Source: Azospirillum brasilense (GTDB lineage: Bacteria > Pseudomonadota > Alphaproteobacteria > Rickettsiales > UBA3002). Taken from it: DNA of 64,000 bases. The position numbers and the translations under genes were made by a program. The stretch's first letter is position 1; each line of letters begins with the position of its first letter. The notes beneath the pieces are model-generated. The model searched no databases. It worked only from the letters and a program-made list of their open reading frames with translations, and was not told where the DNA came from. This document shows, piece after piece, positions 1 to 10,794 of this stretch. Location of the stretch: the NCBI GenBank assembly GCA_003241645.1, contig QFOX01000001.1, positions 54,475 through 118,474 on the forward strand, given 5' to 3'.

Positions 1-659
<659 letters not shown>

Positions 660-702
660 GCGCTCAATATAGAGCAGAATTCCGGCAGCGCTAGGGGCAG
701 GC

Positions 703-1659
703 CTAACCGCCGGTGACGGCGCCGCCACGGCGGGCGAAGCTGACGATCGCCGGCCCAAGCACGATGAGCATGAACGCGGGCATCAGCAGGAAGATCAGCG
801 GCACGGTGAGCAGCACGGGCAGGCGCGCGGCCTTGCCTTCGGCGATGGACAGGCGCAGCAGGCGGAAATCCTCGGACAGTACACGCAGCGTGTCGGTCAG
901 CGAGGTGCCGAACCGCTCGGACTGGATGAGGGCGGCCACCAGCGAGCGGAACGCCACCATGTCGGTGCGTTCGCCAAGGTTGAGCAGCGCGCGTACGCGG
1001 TCGTTGATGAGGGCCAGTTCAAGGCGGGTGCGGTTCAACTCGCCGGTCATTTCCGGGTAGGCGCGGCCAAGCTCGTTGCACACGCGGTTAAGCGCGGCGT
1101 CCAGCGCCAGGCCGGATTCCACGCAGATCAGCAGCAGGTCGAGCGTGTCCGGGAAGGCGCGCTCGAGCTTTTTCTTGCGATGGTCGATCTTGTTGCGCAG
1201 GTACACGCCGGGGCCAAAGAACGCCGCGAACAGCATGAAGCCGCCGACCGCGTAGCGCAGGATCTTCTGGGTGCCTTCGGCCTCACCGGTCATGTAGACA
1301 ATGGCCAGCAGCACCAGGATGATGGACACCACGCGCTGGAAGAACAGGTAATAGATCGGTCCGTCGGCCGAGAGGATGCCGGCCTGCGCGAATTTGCGTT
1401 CCAGTTTGCGGGTCGCCTCGTCCACATTCACGCCCATGGCGCGCAGCAGGCCCTGCATGGATTTCGCGCGGGGGCTCAGCTCGCCATCCACGCTGTTGGT
1501 CAGGCTGTCATCGGCCATGTCCATGCTGCGCGAGGTACCATCCGGCGAAATGCGCGCGCGCAGCGATTCGCGGCGTTTCGTGTCGCGGCGCTTCTGGTCC
1601 ACGAACATGTAGCCGCAGAAGACGATGATGGCGACGAGAATGGCGAGGGTGAATTGCAT
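703..1659 (-). CDS. tadC: Tad/Flp pilus assembly inner-membrane protein TadC (T2SS-F family), locus 1
   Basis: 318 aa. Contains [25 protein letters not shown] and [34 protein letters not shown], typical of the GspF/TadC family. It is the last gene of a tightly packed cpa/tad operon. Confidence 0.85.
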   Translation of the reverse strand: MQFTLAILVAIIVFCGYMFVDQKRRDTKRRESLRARISPDGTSRSMDMADDSLTNSVDGELSPRAKSMQGLLRAMGVNVDEATRKLERKFAQAGILSADGPIYYLFFQRVVSIILVLLAIVYMTGEAEGTQKILRYAVGGFMLFAAFFGPGVYLRNKIDHRKKKLERAFPDTLDLLLICVESGLALDAALNRVCNELGRAYPEMTGELNRTRLELALINDRVRALLNLGERTDMVAFRSLVAALIQSERFGTSLTDTLRVLSEDFRLLRLSIAEGKAARLPVLLTVPLIFLLMPAFMLIVLGPAIVSFARRGGAVTGG

Positions 1660-1660
1660 G

Positions 1661-2626
1661 CTAGATATCCACGTTGATCATTTGTTTGACCACGAAGATA
1701 CAGATCACCAGCAGGGTGACCGAGGTGCCGAACAGCGTCATGCCCAGCGGGTCGGTCCAGAAGGCGGAAAGGTAATCCGGCTTCATCACGTAGAGCACGC
1801 AGAACACGAACACCGGCAGCGAGCCGAGGATCCATGCGGTGGCGCGGCCTTCCGAGGTCATGGCGCGGATCTTGTGGCGCAGCTGTTTGCGCTTACGGAT
1901 GATGCTGGAGAGGTTACCAATGATCTCGGCGAGGTTGCCGCCGGTTTCCTGTTGCACGGAAAGCACCACCACGAAGAAGCGGATGTCCGGCTGGTTGATG
2001 CGCAGCGACAGGCGTTGCAGCGCGTCCTGCAGGCTGCGGCCAAGGGCCACATCGTCCACCACTTGGCGGAATTCTTCTTTCACCGGGCTCTCGGCATTCT
2101 CGGCAAGCATTTGCAATGCAACGGAAAGCGGGAAGCCCGAGCGCACCGAACGCACGATCATGTCGAGCGCATCGGGGAACTGGTCGATGAACTGGCGGTT
2201 GCGCTTGCGCACCTTTTTCATGCAATGGCGGTAGGGAATGTAATAGCCCAGAATGAGCGCCAGCAGCAGGCCGGCCGCACCCATGCCAATGGCGGTGAAC
2301 AGGATGGCGCCCACCGTGAAGCCCATGACCATGAGGATGAGCAGCTGTTTCAGGTCGTTCTGGTAGCCCGCCTGCAGCCCGGCCTCGTAGATCGGGCGCA
2401 TGATGGGCGAGCCGAAAATGGTGCGCACCAGCGGCGATTCCTCGCCCAGCTGCTCACGCAGGATGGATTGCTGGTCGTTGTCGGTGCTGCGTGTTTCCTC
2501 GTAAATGCGGTCCAGCGCCTGACGCACATGGTCGCCCGAATCCTCGGGCACGGCTTTCGGGAAAAGGACGACGAATGCCACATAGCTGAGAATGCCGACG
2601 CCCAATGCTGCAAGTAATACGCTCAT
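1661..2626 (-). CDS. tadB: Tad/Flp pilus assembly inner-membrane protein TadB, locus 1
   Basis: 321 aa. Contains FIDQFPDALDMIVRSVRSGFPLSVAL and VQQETGGNLAEIIGNLSSIIRKR, the TadB-type T2SS-F domain. Its stop is 1 nt from the tadC start. Confidence 0.85.
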   Translation of the reverse strand: MSVLLAALGVGILSYVAFVVLFPKAVPEDSGDHVRQALDRIYEETRSTDNDQQSILREQLGEESPLVRTIFGSPIMRPIYEAGLQAGYQNDLKQLLILMVMGFTVGAILFTAIGMGAAGLLLALILGYYIPYRHCMKKVRKRNRQFIDQFPDALDMIVRSVRSGFPLSVALQMLAENAESPVKEEFRQVVDDVALGRSLQDALQRLSLRINQPDIRFFVVVLSVQQETGGNLAEIIGNLSSIIRKRKQLRHKIRAMTSEGRATAWILGSLPVFVFCVLYVMKPDYLSAFWTDPLGMTLFGTSVTLLVICIFVVKQMINVDI

Positions 2627-2636
2627 GGCTTAAGCC

Positions 2637-4049
2637 TTAGGGTTGACGGTTCAAACATGCAAGCATCTCGTTCGCCAGACCGAAATATTCTGCGCGTTGC
2701 AGCGATTCGGGCTGCACCGGATGGCAGACATATTCGCCGCGCAGGCTGCCATCTTCGTTGACGCCGTGGTTCACGTACGAAAACAGGGTCTGGGTGGTGA
2801 TGTTGCCACCATCGAACCCGGTCACTTCTTCGATATGGGTGATGCGGCGCTTGCCGTCGCGCATGCGCTGCACCTGCACGATCAGCTGGATCGCGCTGGA
2901 GATCTGGTAACGCAGCGAGCTGGGCTCCACCTTCACGCCCGACATGGCCACGAGGTTTTCCACGCGGCTCAGGCAGTCTTTCGGGGAGTTGGAGTGGATG
3001 GTCGCCATGGAGCCGTCGTGGCCGGTATTCATGGCCGAGAGTACGTCGATCACCTCGTCGCCGCGGATCTCGCCGAGGATGATGCGGTCCGGGCGCATGC
3101 GCAGGGCGTTCTTCACCAGCTGGCGCTGCGTGATCTCGCCGCGGCCCTCGGTCGAGGAGGGGCGTGTCTCCAGCCGCAGCACGTGCGGCTGGTGCAGTTG
3201 CAGCTCGGCCGCATCCTCGATGGTGATGATGCGTTCGCCCGCGTCGATATGGCCGGAAAGCGCGTTCAACAGCGTGGTTTTACCCGAACCGGTACCGCCG
3301 GAGATGATGATGTTCAGGCGGATGGCCCCGGCGATCGACAGGAATTGCACCATTTGCGGGCTCATCGAGTCGTATTTCAGGTAGTCCGACAGCGGCATTT
3401 TGTTCTTTTTGAACTTACGGATGGACACAAGGCACCCATCCAGCGCCAGCGGCGGGATAATGGCGTTGAAGCGCGAGCCGTCGGGCATGCGCGCATCCAC
3501 CATCGGGTTTGCCTCGTCAATGCGGCGGCCCACACGGCTGACAATGCGTTGGATGATGCCGGTGAGGTGCTGTTCGCTGGCGAATTTGATGTCGCTGAGC
3601 AGGATGCGGCCATGCCGCTCGATGAACACGCGCTGCGCGGTGTTGATCATGATGTCGTTCACATCCGCGTCGCGCAGCAGCGGCTCGATCGGGCCGAAGC
3701 CGAGGATCTCGTCCTGCGCTTGCGATTTGATGAGGTTGATCTGCTGCGTCGTCAGCGGGATCTGGATGCTGGGCAGGATCTTGTCGCTGGCCTCTTCCAC
3801 GCGGCGGCGCTTCCTCTCCATCGGCAGGGCTTCCAGCGCCTGGAAATCGATCAAATCCAGCAGGCCGTTGATGAGGGCCATGCGCGCTTCACGGTAGGAA
3901 GCGGTCTCCAGATTGGCATCGAGGTAGAAGATGTGGCCTTCGGGAGCGCTGGGCGGGTTCGCACTGGTCAGCGAGGCGCCGACCACGGCACCCTGTGGGG
4001 GCAGGCCGTGTTCCTGATGGCCGAAATCAACATGCTTTTTCCCGAACAT
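2637..4049 (-). CDS. cpaF: Tad pilus secretion ATPase CpaF/TadA, locus 1
   Basis: 470 aa. Walker A is IISGGTGSGKTTLLNAL. Also has ITIEDAAELQL, RMRPDRIILGEIRG and NTGHDGSMATIHSN, the T2SS-E/VirB11-like ATPase motifs. Confidence 0.92.
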   Translation of the reverse strand: MFGKKHVDFGHQEHGLPPQGAVVGASLTSANPPSAPEGHIFYLDANLETASYREARMALINGLLDLIDFQALEALPMERKRRRVEEASDKILPSIQIPLTTQQINLIKSQAQDEILGFGPIEPLLRDADVNDIMINTAQRVFIERHGRILLSDIKFASEQHLTGIIQRIVSRVGRRIDEANPMVDARMPDGSRFNAIIPPLALDGCLVSIRKFKKNKMPLSDYLKYDSMSPQMVQFLSIAGAIRLNIIISGGTGSGKTTLLNALSGHIDAGERIITIEDAAELQLHQPHVLRLETRPSSTEGRGEITQRQLVKNALRMRPDRIILGEIRGDEVIDVLSAMNTGHDGSMATIHSNSPKDCLSRVENLVAMSGVKVEPSSLRYQISSAIQLIVQVQRMRDGKRRITHIEEVTGFDGGNITTQTLFSYVNHGVNEDGSLRGEYVCHPVQPESLQRAEYFGLANEMLACLNRQP

Positions 4050-4060
4050 GCGCTGTGCCC

Positions 4061-5281
4061 TTATTTACTGAAACGTGCGAAAAGCCCGGCGCGTGCGGCG
4101 GTGGCTTCCGTGGTTTCCGGGGCGGAAAGGCCGGCCAGGCCACGGGCCATTTTCATGATGTCGCTGGCGAGCGCGCTCGGTTCCATTTCCATCACGGTCT
4201 GGGCGGCGGCTTCGGCGGCCACGATCGTTTTGATGTCGTTGTTCAACGTGTAGCGCACCGGGCTGCCGCAGACGCGCTCGAAATCCTTCTGCTCGATGGC
4301 TTCTTTGAACTTCGCGCCGGAACGGTTGACCACGGTATGCACGCGGTCAAGCGGCACGTTGATCTCGCGGAAGGCGCGCATCATGCGGGCAGCGTGGCTG
4401 ACCGATTTGAGCCAGAGCTGCGCCACCAGCACCAGATGGGTGGATTGCTGGCACGCGGTGGCGACCCACGGCAGCCACACATGCGGCAGGTCGATGATGA
4501 CGTTATCGTAGTTCTGTTTCAGGATATTGACCAGATCGCGCACGGCCTCGGCGCTGACGCTGGGCAGGTAACGCAATTCGGCGGGCGCGGTGATCACGTG
4601 CAGTTTGCCGTAATTCGCCACCATGCGCTTGATCAGCATGGCATCGGTGCCGCGTTCGGGGTGGTCGAACAGGTCGCGGATGCCGTACTGGTTCTGCAGC
4701 GCCAGATGCTTGGCGACCATGCCGAACTGGTAGTCCATATCCACCAGCACGGTGGTGCCGTTGAAAAGTTGGCTCATGGCATAGGCGGTGTTGAGCGCCG
4801 CGGTGGAGGCCCCGTCGCCGGATGCGGCGCTGAGGAAGGTGATGACGCGTTTCTCGGAGCCCAGCGCCATGGTCGGGGCAGGGGCCACGACCGGTGCGGC
4901 GGGCGCGGCCGGGCGGATGGGGGCGCGCAGCGCTTCCACCAGGTCGGCCGGGTTGGCGGGCATGGGCAGGTAATCGATCACGCCGCGGCTGATGAGCCCG
5001 CGATAGAGCTGCACGTCGTTCGCATCGCCCACCGCGATCACGCGGGTGTCCGGCTCGCACTGCTCGGCGAGCACGTCGATCTCCGGCAGGATCTGCTGGC
5101 CGTGGCTGCCGATATCCAGCACGATGTGCGACGGCGAGAAGCCCTGCGCGGCGAGGTGCTGCGCGGCCTGCGACGGCAGGCCGACAAAGATCTGTGCGGA
5201 ACCGGGTGCTGCGATCTGTGCAACGGCCTCGGCCCAGGGTTGGCGGGAAGGATCGGAAAGGATAAAGAATAACGCGCGCAT
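4061..5281 (-). CDS. cpaE: CpaE/TadZ-like pilus localisation protein (receiver-like N-domain plus MinD/ParA-like domain with degenerate P-loop), locus 1
   Basis: 406 aa, between cpaD and cpaF. The MinD/ParA-like core includes LVDMDYQFG. The P-loop position reads SAASGDGAST rather than xxGGxGxT[TS]. Confidence 0.75.
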   Translation of the reverse strand: MRALFFILSDPSRQPWAEAVAQIAAPGSAQIFVGLPSQAAQHLAAQGFSPSHIVLDIGSHGQQILPEIDVLAEQCEPDTRVIAVGDANDVQLYRGLISRGVIDYLPMPANPADLVEALRAPIRPAAPAAPVVAPAPTMALGSEKRVITFLSAASGDGASTAALNTAYAMSQLFNGTTVLVDMDYQFGMVAKHLALQNQYGIRDLFDHPERGTDAMLIKRMVANYGKLHVITAPAELRYLPSVSAEAVRDLVNILKQNYDNVIIDLPHVWLPWVATACQQSTHLVLVAQLWLKSVSHAARMMRAFREINVPLDRVHTVVNRSGAKFKEAIEQKDFERVCGSPVRYTLNNDIKTIVAAEAAAQTVMEMEPSALASDIMKMARGLAGLSAPETTEATAARAGLFARFSK

Positions 5282-5368
5282 GGAGCCCCTAGTGCGATGG
5301 AGTCATGCTGATGTTATAACGGCTTACGCGCCCGCGTGCAACGTAACCCTAAGCAAGAACGAACGATT

Positions 5369-5959
5369 TTAGTCGCTCTGTGCTGATTGGGTCACCGACT
5401 GGTCTACCGAGTAAGCAGGCTTTGCGGCATTCGGGATGTAAGCGCGTGCGCGTGCCTGCACCGCGTTGGTGGCCGGCGGCACATCCGTCAGGTTCGGGCT
5501 GATGAATTGCTGCTTGTTCGACACGTGCTGCACCATGTTGGCGGCAATGGAGCACCCGAACGACGGATGCGGCGCGTTATACGGGTTGCGGCTGTTATCG
5601 ACGAATTGCTGGCGGCAATCACGCGCCAGCAGGCGCTCATACACCAGGGCCACGCTGTATTCGCCCGAGGGGACGGTCATGGTGGGCACGCCGTGCAGGT
5701 CCAGCACTTTCAGGGCTTCGGTGCAGCGCGGGTCGCCTTCGTTGCAATACAGTTCGGCGCGTGTGGGCTGGTCATTCTTGATCCAGGTGGAAAGCTCGGC
5801 AAGGGCGGGCTGGTCGGCCACGCTGAGGTTGACCACCTCGGACGAGACATCGAGCAGCGATTCCGGCGTGCCGCGGTTGTAGAAGGCGGATGCCGGGGGT
5901 TTGGTGCAGGCGGAGAGGGCCAGTGCCGAAACAACGAGAACGGTGGTGATACGACGCAT
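5369..5959 (-). CDS. cpaD: CpaD-like pilus biogenesis lipoprotein, locus 1
   Basis: 196 aa. Lipobox is VSALALSAC. It sits between the secretin and cpaE. The SFGCSIAANM motif resembles NYGCAVNNNL in the locus 2 counterpart. Confidence 0.55.
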   Translation of the reverse strand: MRRITTVLVVSALALSACTKPPASAFYNRGTPESLLDVSSEVVNLSVADQPALAELSTWIKNDQPTRAELYCNEGDPRCTEALKVLDLHGVPTMTVPSGEYSVALVYERLLARDCRQQFVDNSRNPYNAPHPSFGCSIAANMVQHVSNKQQFISPNLTDVPPATNAVQARARAYIPNAAKPAYSVDQSVTQSAQSD

Positions 5960-5967
5960 AACTACTC

Positions 5968-7440
5968 CTAATCCACCATGAAGCCCGAGGGGCCTTCGAC
6001 GCTGGGGTTATTGCCACGCGTGCCGCTCATGGCACCGAAGAAGATGCTCTCCATGAAGCTCGCGGGTTTGAAATCATCGGTCGGAAGCTTCACGTCGCTG
6101 CCTTTGAGCGGATCCACGAGGTACGGGGTGACCGCGATGACCAGTTCGGTCTCGTTGCGTTGGAACGAGGTGGAGCGGAACAGTGCCGAGAGGACGGGAA
6201 TTTCACCCACGCCCGGCAGCTCGTCGATCTGGCTGATCATGTTGTCGCGGATGAGGCCGGCGATCATGAAGCTTTCGCCGGGGGCCAGTTCCACCGTGGT
6301 GGAGGCGCGGCGGGTGACGATGGACGGCGCCGTAAAGCCATCCGACGTTTCGATCACGCGCTCGTTGCTGATCTCGGACACTTCCGGGTTCACCTGAATG
6401 CGCAGGCGGTTCTCGCTGAGCACGTACGGGGTGAATTTCAGCGCCACACCGAAGGGTTTGTATTCGATGGTGGTGGTGCCAAGCTGCTGGGGTACCGGAA
6501 TCGGGAATTCACCGCCCGCGAGGAACTGGGCTTCTTCGCCGGAAAGCGCCACAAGGTTCGGCTCGGCAAGCACTTTCAGGATACCGTCACGCTCCAGCGC
6601 GTCCACCGCGGCGGCAAGGTCAAAGCCGGCAAGTTCACCGGTAACGCGGCTGATGCCGAACGCATCCGAGCTTTCGGAGAAGGAGAACTGGCCGGGGGCA
6701 AAGGTCGGCACGTCGCCGGTCACGTTCCCGAAGCGACCCGCGCCGGTGCCCAGCTGGAAGCCGCTGGTGCCACCGTTGAAGGCGGTCAGGTTCACGCCGA
6801 GATTCTTCAGCGCGCTGCGCTGGATCTCACCGATACGGATGCGCAGCATGACCTGCTGGCCCGCGCTGATCTTCATCAGGTTGATGATGGGCGATACTTC
6901 GCCCGCGGTAACGTCATTGCCTTCTACGAATTTCTTGCGACTGCTCGCCTGCTCGCCAACCAGCTTACCACGTACGAATTCTTCCGCGATCTCAATGGCA
7001 GTTGCGGCGGATTCGGCGCTGGAGATCGTGCCGGTCAGGGCCATACGGGTGTTGATCATGCTCACGCCGATGCGTTCATTGGGCAGGTATTCACGCAGTG
7101 CACGGCGAACGGCCGGCAGGTCGTAGGTCACGGAAACATCCATCGAGCGGATGAGTTTATGGTCGGCATCGAACACGCGCAGGGTCGTCTGGCCCACATT
7201 CTTGCCAATGACCGATACTTTACGCTTCCCGTGCACGAACACGTCGGCCACGTCGGGGTCGGTAATGATGACCTCGCTCATATCGGACGAGGTGGTCACC
7301 AGTTCGGAGCGGTTGATCGGCACGTAGAAGGCCGAAGAAGCAGCGAAGCTCGGCGCGGCGACGAGGCATGCCATGCTCAGCAGGGCGGCGCGGGCGAAAG
7401 GTTTCACGGTCGAAAACAACATGGTGGGGCTCATCGTCAT
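5968..7440 (-). CDS. cpaC: Tad pilus secretin CpaC/RcpA, locus 1
   Basis: 490 aa with a signal peptide. The secretin core reads LKVLAEPNLVALSGEEAQFLAGGEFPIPV...IAGLIRD...PGVGEIPVLSALFRS...ETELVIAVTPYLV. Confidence 0.9.
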   Translation of the reverse strand: MTMSPTMLFSTVKPFARAALLSMACLVAAPSFAASSAFYVPINRSELVTTSSDMSEVIITDPDVADVFVHGKRKVSVIGKNVGQTTLRVFDADHKLIRSMDVSVTYDLPAVRRALREYLPNERIGVSMINTRMALTGTISSAESAATAIEIAEEFVRGKLVGEQASSRKKFVEGNDVTAGEVSPIINLMKISAGQQVMLRIRIGEIQRSALKNLGVNLTAFNGGTSGFQLGTGAGRFGNVTGDVPTFAPGQFSFSESSDAFGISRVTGELAGFDLAAAVDALERDGILKVLAEPNLVALSGEEAQFLAGGEFPIPVPQQLGTTTIEYKPFGVALKFTPYVLSENRLRIQVNPEVSEISNERVIETSDGFTAPSIVTRRASTTVELAPGESFMIAGLIRDNMISQIDELPGVGEIPVLSALFRSTSFQRNETELVIAVTPYLVDPLKGSDVKLPTDDFKPASFMESIFFGAMSGTRGNNPSVEGPSGFMVD

Positions 7441-8387
7441 TGGGCTACAGGGGCGTTGGGCGATTGAAGAAGGGCGGCAGCGGCTGCGGCATCCAGCGGT
7501 GCGGCACTTTCGCTTTCACTTTCGCCGGCTTCGATGCCGCGCACGACAAGCACGCCACCCGTGTTGCCCGAGGCACCACCGGTGGTGCCGAATTCGGGCA
7601 CTTGCGAAATATCCTGATTGCCGGTCACGGTCAGCGGGTCAGCGGTCTCACGATCGGCCAGCGAACGCAGGGCGAGGGTGAGGGTGCCTTTCTGCTGGCC
7701 AAGGCGCAGGCGCTGCGCATCGGCCGGGCTGACCATGAGCGATACCGAGCGCGGTACGATCAGGTTGCCCTGTTCATCGGTTGCGCCGGCGCCGCTTGCG
7801 CGCTGGTCAACCGCCACGACTTTCGCGTTGGTGAGCAGGGTCTCGGTCACCGAATCGGTTTCCTCGCGGCCTTGCGGGCGGCCTTGCTCGTTGCTGGGCG
7901 GGAACACCCATTTTTTAATGTCGTGGGTCAGGATCACGTCCACGAAGTCGCCGGGGAAGACAAAGCCCGCCACGCCTTCGATCTCGTTGGTCTGGATGGT
8001 GATCACGCGCATGCCCTTGGGGATCGAGCCGGCGAGGAAGTTGGGGTCGTTCATGTTGCTGAGCTTCGACAGCAGGATCGGCTCCTGCTGCTGGAAGGGC
8101 GCGCGGCTGATCATGCCTTCGATCTTCTGGTCGCTGTCGGTGGTCACGAAACCGTCGAGCACTAGGTGGCTGGGCCATGCCTGCACGGCAATCATGTCGG
8201 CCGTGACGGTGGTGCCTACCGCGATCGGCTGGGCCGCCACGTAAATATTCGTGGTTTGTACGGGTTGCGCCGCGGCAGTATCGCCGGGCTGGGGCGCCGG
8301 GGCGTCATTGCCGCCCGACATGCGAAGTACGATTACCGCTGCGACAGCAGCCAACACAATCGCCGCAATTAAACCACCGAAACGCAT
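7437..8387 (-). CDS. cpaB: Flp pilus assembly protein CpaB/RcpC, locus 1
   Basis: 316 aa. N-terminal TM anchor is [16 protein letters not shown], followed by a SAF-like region and a CpaB core ([42 protein letters not shown]). It overlaps cpaC by ATGA. Confidence 0.85.
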   Translation of the reverse strand: MRFGGLIAAIVLAAVAAVIVLRMSGGNDAPAPQPGDTAAAQPVQTTNIYVAAQPIAVGTTVTADMIAVQAWPSHLVLDGFVTTDSDQKIEGMISRAPFQQQEPILLSKLSNMNDPNFLAGSIPKGMRVITIQTNEIEGVAGFVFPGDFVDVILTHDIKKWVFPPSNEQGRPQGREETDSVTETLLTNAKVVAVDQRASGAGATDEQGNLIVPRSVSLMVSPADAQRLRLGQQKGTLTLALRSLADRETADPLTVTGNQDISQVPEFGTTGGASGNTGGVLVVRGIEAGESESESAAPLDAAAAAALLQSPNAPVAQ

Positions 8388-8624
8388 AACCAGCTTACCC
8401 CAAATGATAATACACGTGTTGCGCTGCCTGAAACGGCGACGCGTTTTTATCTTATTGTGCAGTACTTACCCATAGGCCGCCGGGTGCGTCAAGCGAATAT
8501 ACCGCGCTGCAATGCAACTCGGGGTGTTTATTGGCCGATGTGTGGTCTTGCCCAAAAATCCTGTTGCCCGCCCATGAACGCTCGCTATGGTGCCGCATAT
8601 TTTGCACAGGCAGAGGTAATTCCC

Positions 8625-10178
8625 ATGAACGCGCATGAGCGCATCCTTATCTTGGATTTTGGTAGCCAGGTCACCCAACTGATCGCCCGTCGCGTGCGCG
8701 AGGCAGGCGTTTACAGCGAGGTGAAGCCCTGCACCACCCCGCTGCAGGCCATCCGCGATTTCAACCCACAGGGCATTATCCTGTCCGGCGGCCCGGCCTC
8801 GGTGCATCACGGTTCGGCCCCCAAAGTGGACAAAGAGATCTTTGCGCTGGGCGTGCCGGTGTTCGGCATTTGCTACGGCGAACAGCTCATCTGCGACCTG
8901 CTGGGCGGCGAAGTGACCCCCGGGGACACCCGTGAATTCGGCCGTGCCGAAGTGGAAGCTGTGGCGGATAGCGCCCTGTTCAAGGATGTGTGGAAGCCCG
9001 GCCAGAGCTATCAGGTGTGGATGAGCCATGGCGACAAGGTGAACCGCCTGCCGGCCGGCTTCACCACCATTGCCCGCTCGGCCGGTGCCCCGTTCGCGGC
9101 CATTGCCGACGAGGCGCGCCGCATTTACGGCGTGCAGTTCCACCCCGAAGTGGTGCACACGCCCGATGGCGCGGCGCTCATTCGCAATTTTGTGCGGCAT
9201 ATCTGCCAGTGCCATGGCGACTGGAGCATGAAAGCCTTCCGCACCGAGGAAATCGCCCGCATTCGCAAGCAGGTGGGTGCTGGCACGGTCATTTGCGGCC
9301 TCTCCGGCGGGGTGGATTCCAGTGTGGTGGCCAAACTGCTGCACGAGGCCATCGGCAAGCAACTGGTCTGCATTTTCGTGGATACGGGCCTGCTGCGGCT
9401 GAACGAAGGCCCGCAGGTGAAGCAGCGTTTCGAGGAACATTACGGCATTCCGCTGACCTATGTGGATGCCAGCGGCATTTTCATGGGCCGCCTGAAGGGC
9501 GTGAGCGACCCCGAGCGCAAGCGCAAGATCATCGGCGAGACCTTCATCGAGGTGTTCGAGGAAGAGGCCAAGCGCATCGGTGGCGCGGAATTCCTGGCGC
9601 AGGGCACGTTGTATCCGGACGTGATCGAATCCGTCAGTTTCCATGGTGGGCCCAGCGTGACCATCAAATCGCACCACAATGTGGGCGGCCTGCCGGAGCG
9701 CATGAACCTGAAACTGGTGGAGCCGCTGCGCGAGCTGTTCAAGGACGAAGTGCGTGCGCTGGGCCGCGAGCTTGGCATGCCCGACGACCTGGTGGATCGC
9801 CACCCGTTCCCCGGCCCGGGCCTTGCCATCCGCATTCCCGGCGAGGTGAGCGTGGAGAAGGCCGACATCCTGCGTAAGGCGGATGCGATCTACATCGAGG
9901 AACTGCGCAAGAACGACCTGTACGGTAAAATCTGGCAGGCCTTCGCCGTGCTGCTGCCGGTGAAGACCGTGGGCGTGATGGGCGATGCCCGCACCTATGA
10001 GTTCGTGTGCGCGCTGCGTGCGGTGACCAGCACCGACGGCATGACCGCCGAGCCGTTCCATTTCCCCAGCGATGTGCTGTTCCACATTGCCACGCGCATC
10101 GTGAACGAAGTGCGCGGCATCAACCGCGTCTGCTACGATATTACGGGCAAACCCCCCGCGACGATCGAGTGGGAGTAG
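8625..10178 (+). CDS. guaA: GMP synthase (glutamine-hydrolysing)
   Basis: I use the internal ATG at 8625 ([23 protein letters not shown]), which is preceded by GAGG. The track ORF starts 56 codons upstream with non-homologous sequence. Motifs: GATase (ICYGEQL), PP-loop [12 protein letters not shown]-terminal PPATIEWE. Confidence 0.95.
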   Translation: MNAHERILILDFGSQVTQLIARRVREAGVYSEVKPCTTPLQAIRDFNPQGIILSGGPASVHHGSAPKVDKEIFALGVPVFGICYGEQLICDLLGGEVTPGDTREFGRAEVEAVADSALFKDVWKPGQSYQVWMSHGDKVNRLPAGFTTIARSAGAPFAAIADEARRIYGVQFHPEVVHTPDGAALIRNFVRHICQCHGDWSMKAFRTEEIARIRKQVGAGTVICGLSGGVDSSVVAKLLHEAIGKQLVCIFVDTGLLRLNEGPQVKQRFEEHYGIPLTYVDASGIFMGRLKGVSDPERKRKIIGETFIEVFEEEAKRIGGAEFLAQGTLYPDVIESVSFHGGPSVTIKSHHNVGGLPERMNLKLVEPLRELFKDEVRALGRELGMPDDLVDRHPFPGPGLAIRIPGEVSVEKADILRKADAIYIEELRKNDLYGKIWQAFAVLLPVKTVGVMGDARTYEFVCALRAVTSTDGMTAEPFHFPSDVLFHIATRIVNEVRGINRVCYDITGKPPATIEWE

Positions 10179-10202
10179 ACGGCAGGCGCGTTTTGCGCCA
10201 GC

Positions 10203-10793
10203 ATGCGCCGCATGAGTCGTTCGTTCAGTCTGTGCGTGATGGCCTCCGGCGGCGGTGGGAATTTCCAATCGCTGATCGACCATGCGCCGCGCATGGGTTA
10301 TCGCATCGCCCAGCTCATCACCGACCGCGTCTGCGGGGCGGTGGATCGCGCGGTCGCGCACGGCATTGCCCACCAGACGCTGGATAAAAAGGCGCTGGGC
10401 GCGCAGTTCTTCCCTGCACTGGCGCAGGCCGTGCCGCCCGATACCGACCTGATCGTGCTGGCGGGGTTCATGCCCATTCTGCCCGAATGGTTCTGCGCGC
10501 AATGGCCGCAAAAAATCATCAACACCCACCCCTCGCTGCTACCGGCGCATGGTGGGCGGGGCATGGTTGGCGTGCGCGTGCAGGAAGCGGTGCTTGCTGC
10601 TGGCGACGCTGAGGCGGGCTGCAGCGTGCATTACGTGAGCCCGGTGATCGACGGGGGCGCGGTGATCGCGCAGGCGCGCATTCCGGTCATTCCCGGCGAA
10701 AGCGCGTGGGCGCTGGGTGGCAGGGTTTTTGCAGAAGAGGTGCAATTGCTGCCGCGCGTGGTGCAGCAACTGATGCAGGAGCGGGGGTTCTAA
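10203..10793 (+). CDS. PurN-like (GAR transformylase family) formyltransferase
   Basis: 196 aa. Contains ASGGGGNFQSLID and IINTHPSLLPAHGG...GCSVHYVSPVIDGGAVIAQ, the N-x-H ... D catalytic pattern of folate-dependent formyltransferases. Its stop is 1 nt before the next gene's ATG. Confidence 0.8.
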   Translation: MRRMSRSFSLCVMASGGGGNFQSLIDHAPRMGYRIAQLITDRVCGAVDRAVAHGIAHQTLDKKALGAQFFPALAQAVPPDTDLIVLAGFMPILPEWFCAQWPQKIINTHPSLLPAHGGRGMVGVRVQEAVLAAGDAEAGCSVHYVSPVIDGGAVIAQARIPVIPGESAWALGGRVFAEEVQLLPRVVQQLMQERGF

Positions 10794-10794
10794 C

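Noticed and set aside
8388-8624. Search for Flp pilin and CpaA/TadV prepilin peptidase genes next to either Tad locus. I also checked 5282-5368, 36635-36767 and 44892-45055.
   Set aside because: I found no small ORF with a hydrophobic Flp-type segment and G/xxxxEY motif, and no multi-TM aspartyl peptidase ORF. The absence is reported as an observation rather than forcing a call.
8466-10529. 687-aa ORF antisense to guaA and the formyltransferase gene. It stands for many similar long antisense ORFs in the track: 2643-4253 +, 10687-11670 -, 23846-25528 -, 27987-29402 -, 30534-32465 +, 42093-43373 -, 46470-47870 -, 51706-53223 - and 55822-57543 -.
   Set aside because: Each lies opposite a gene with clear family motifs. 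Their translations are Arg/Ala/Gly/His-rich low-complexity strings with no recognisable motifs. This is the expected shadow-ORF artefact of GC-rich DNA.
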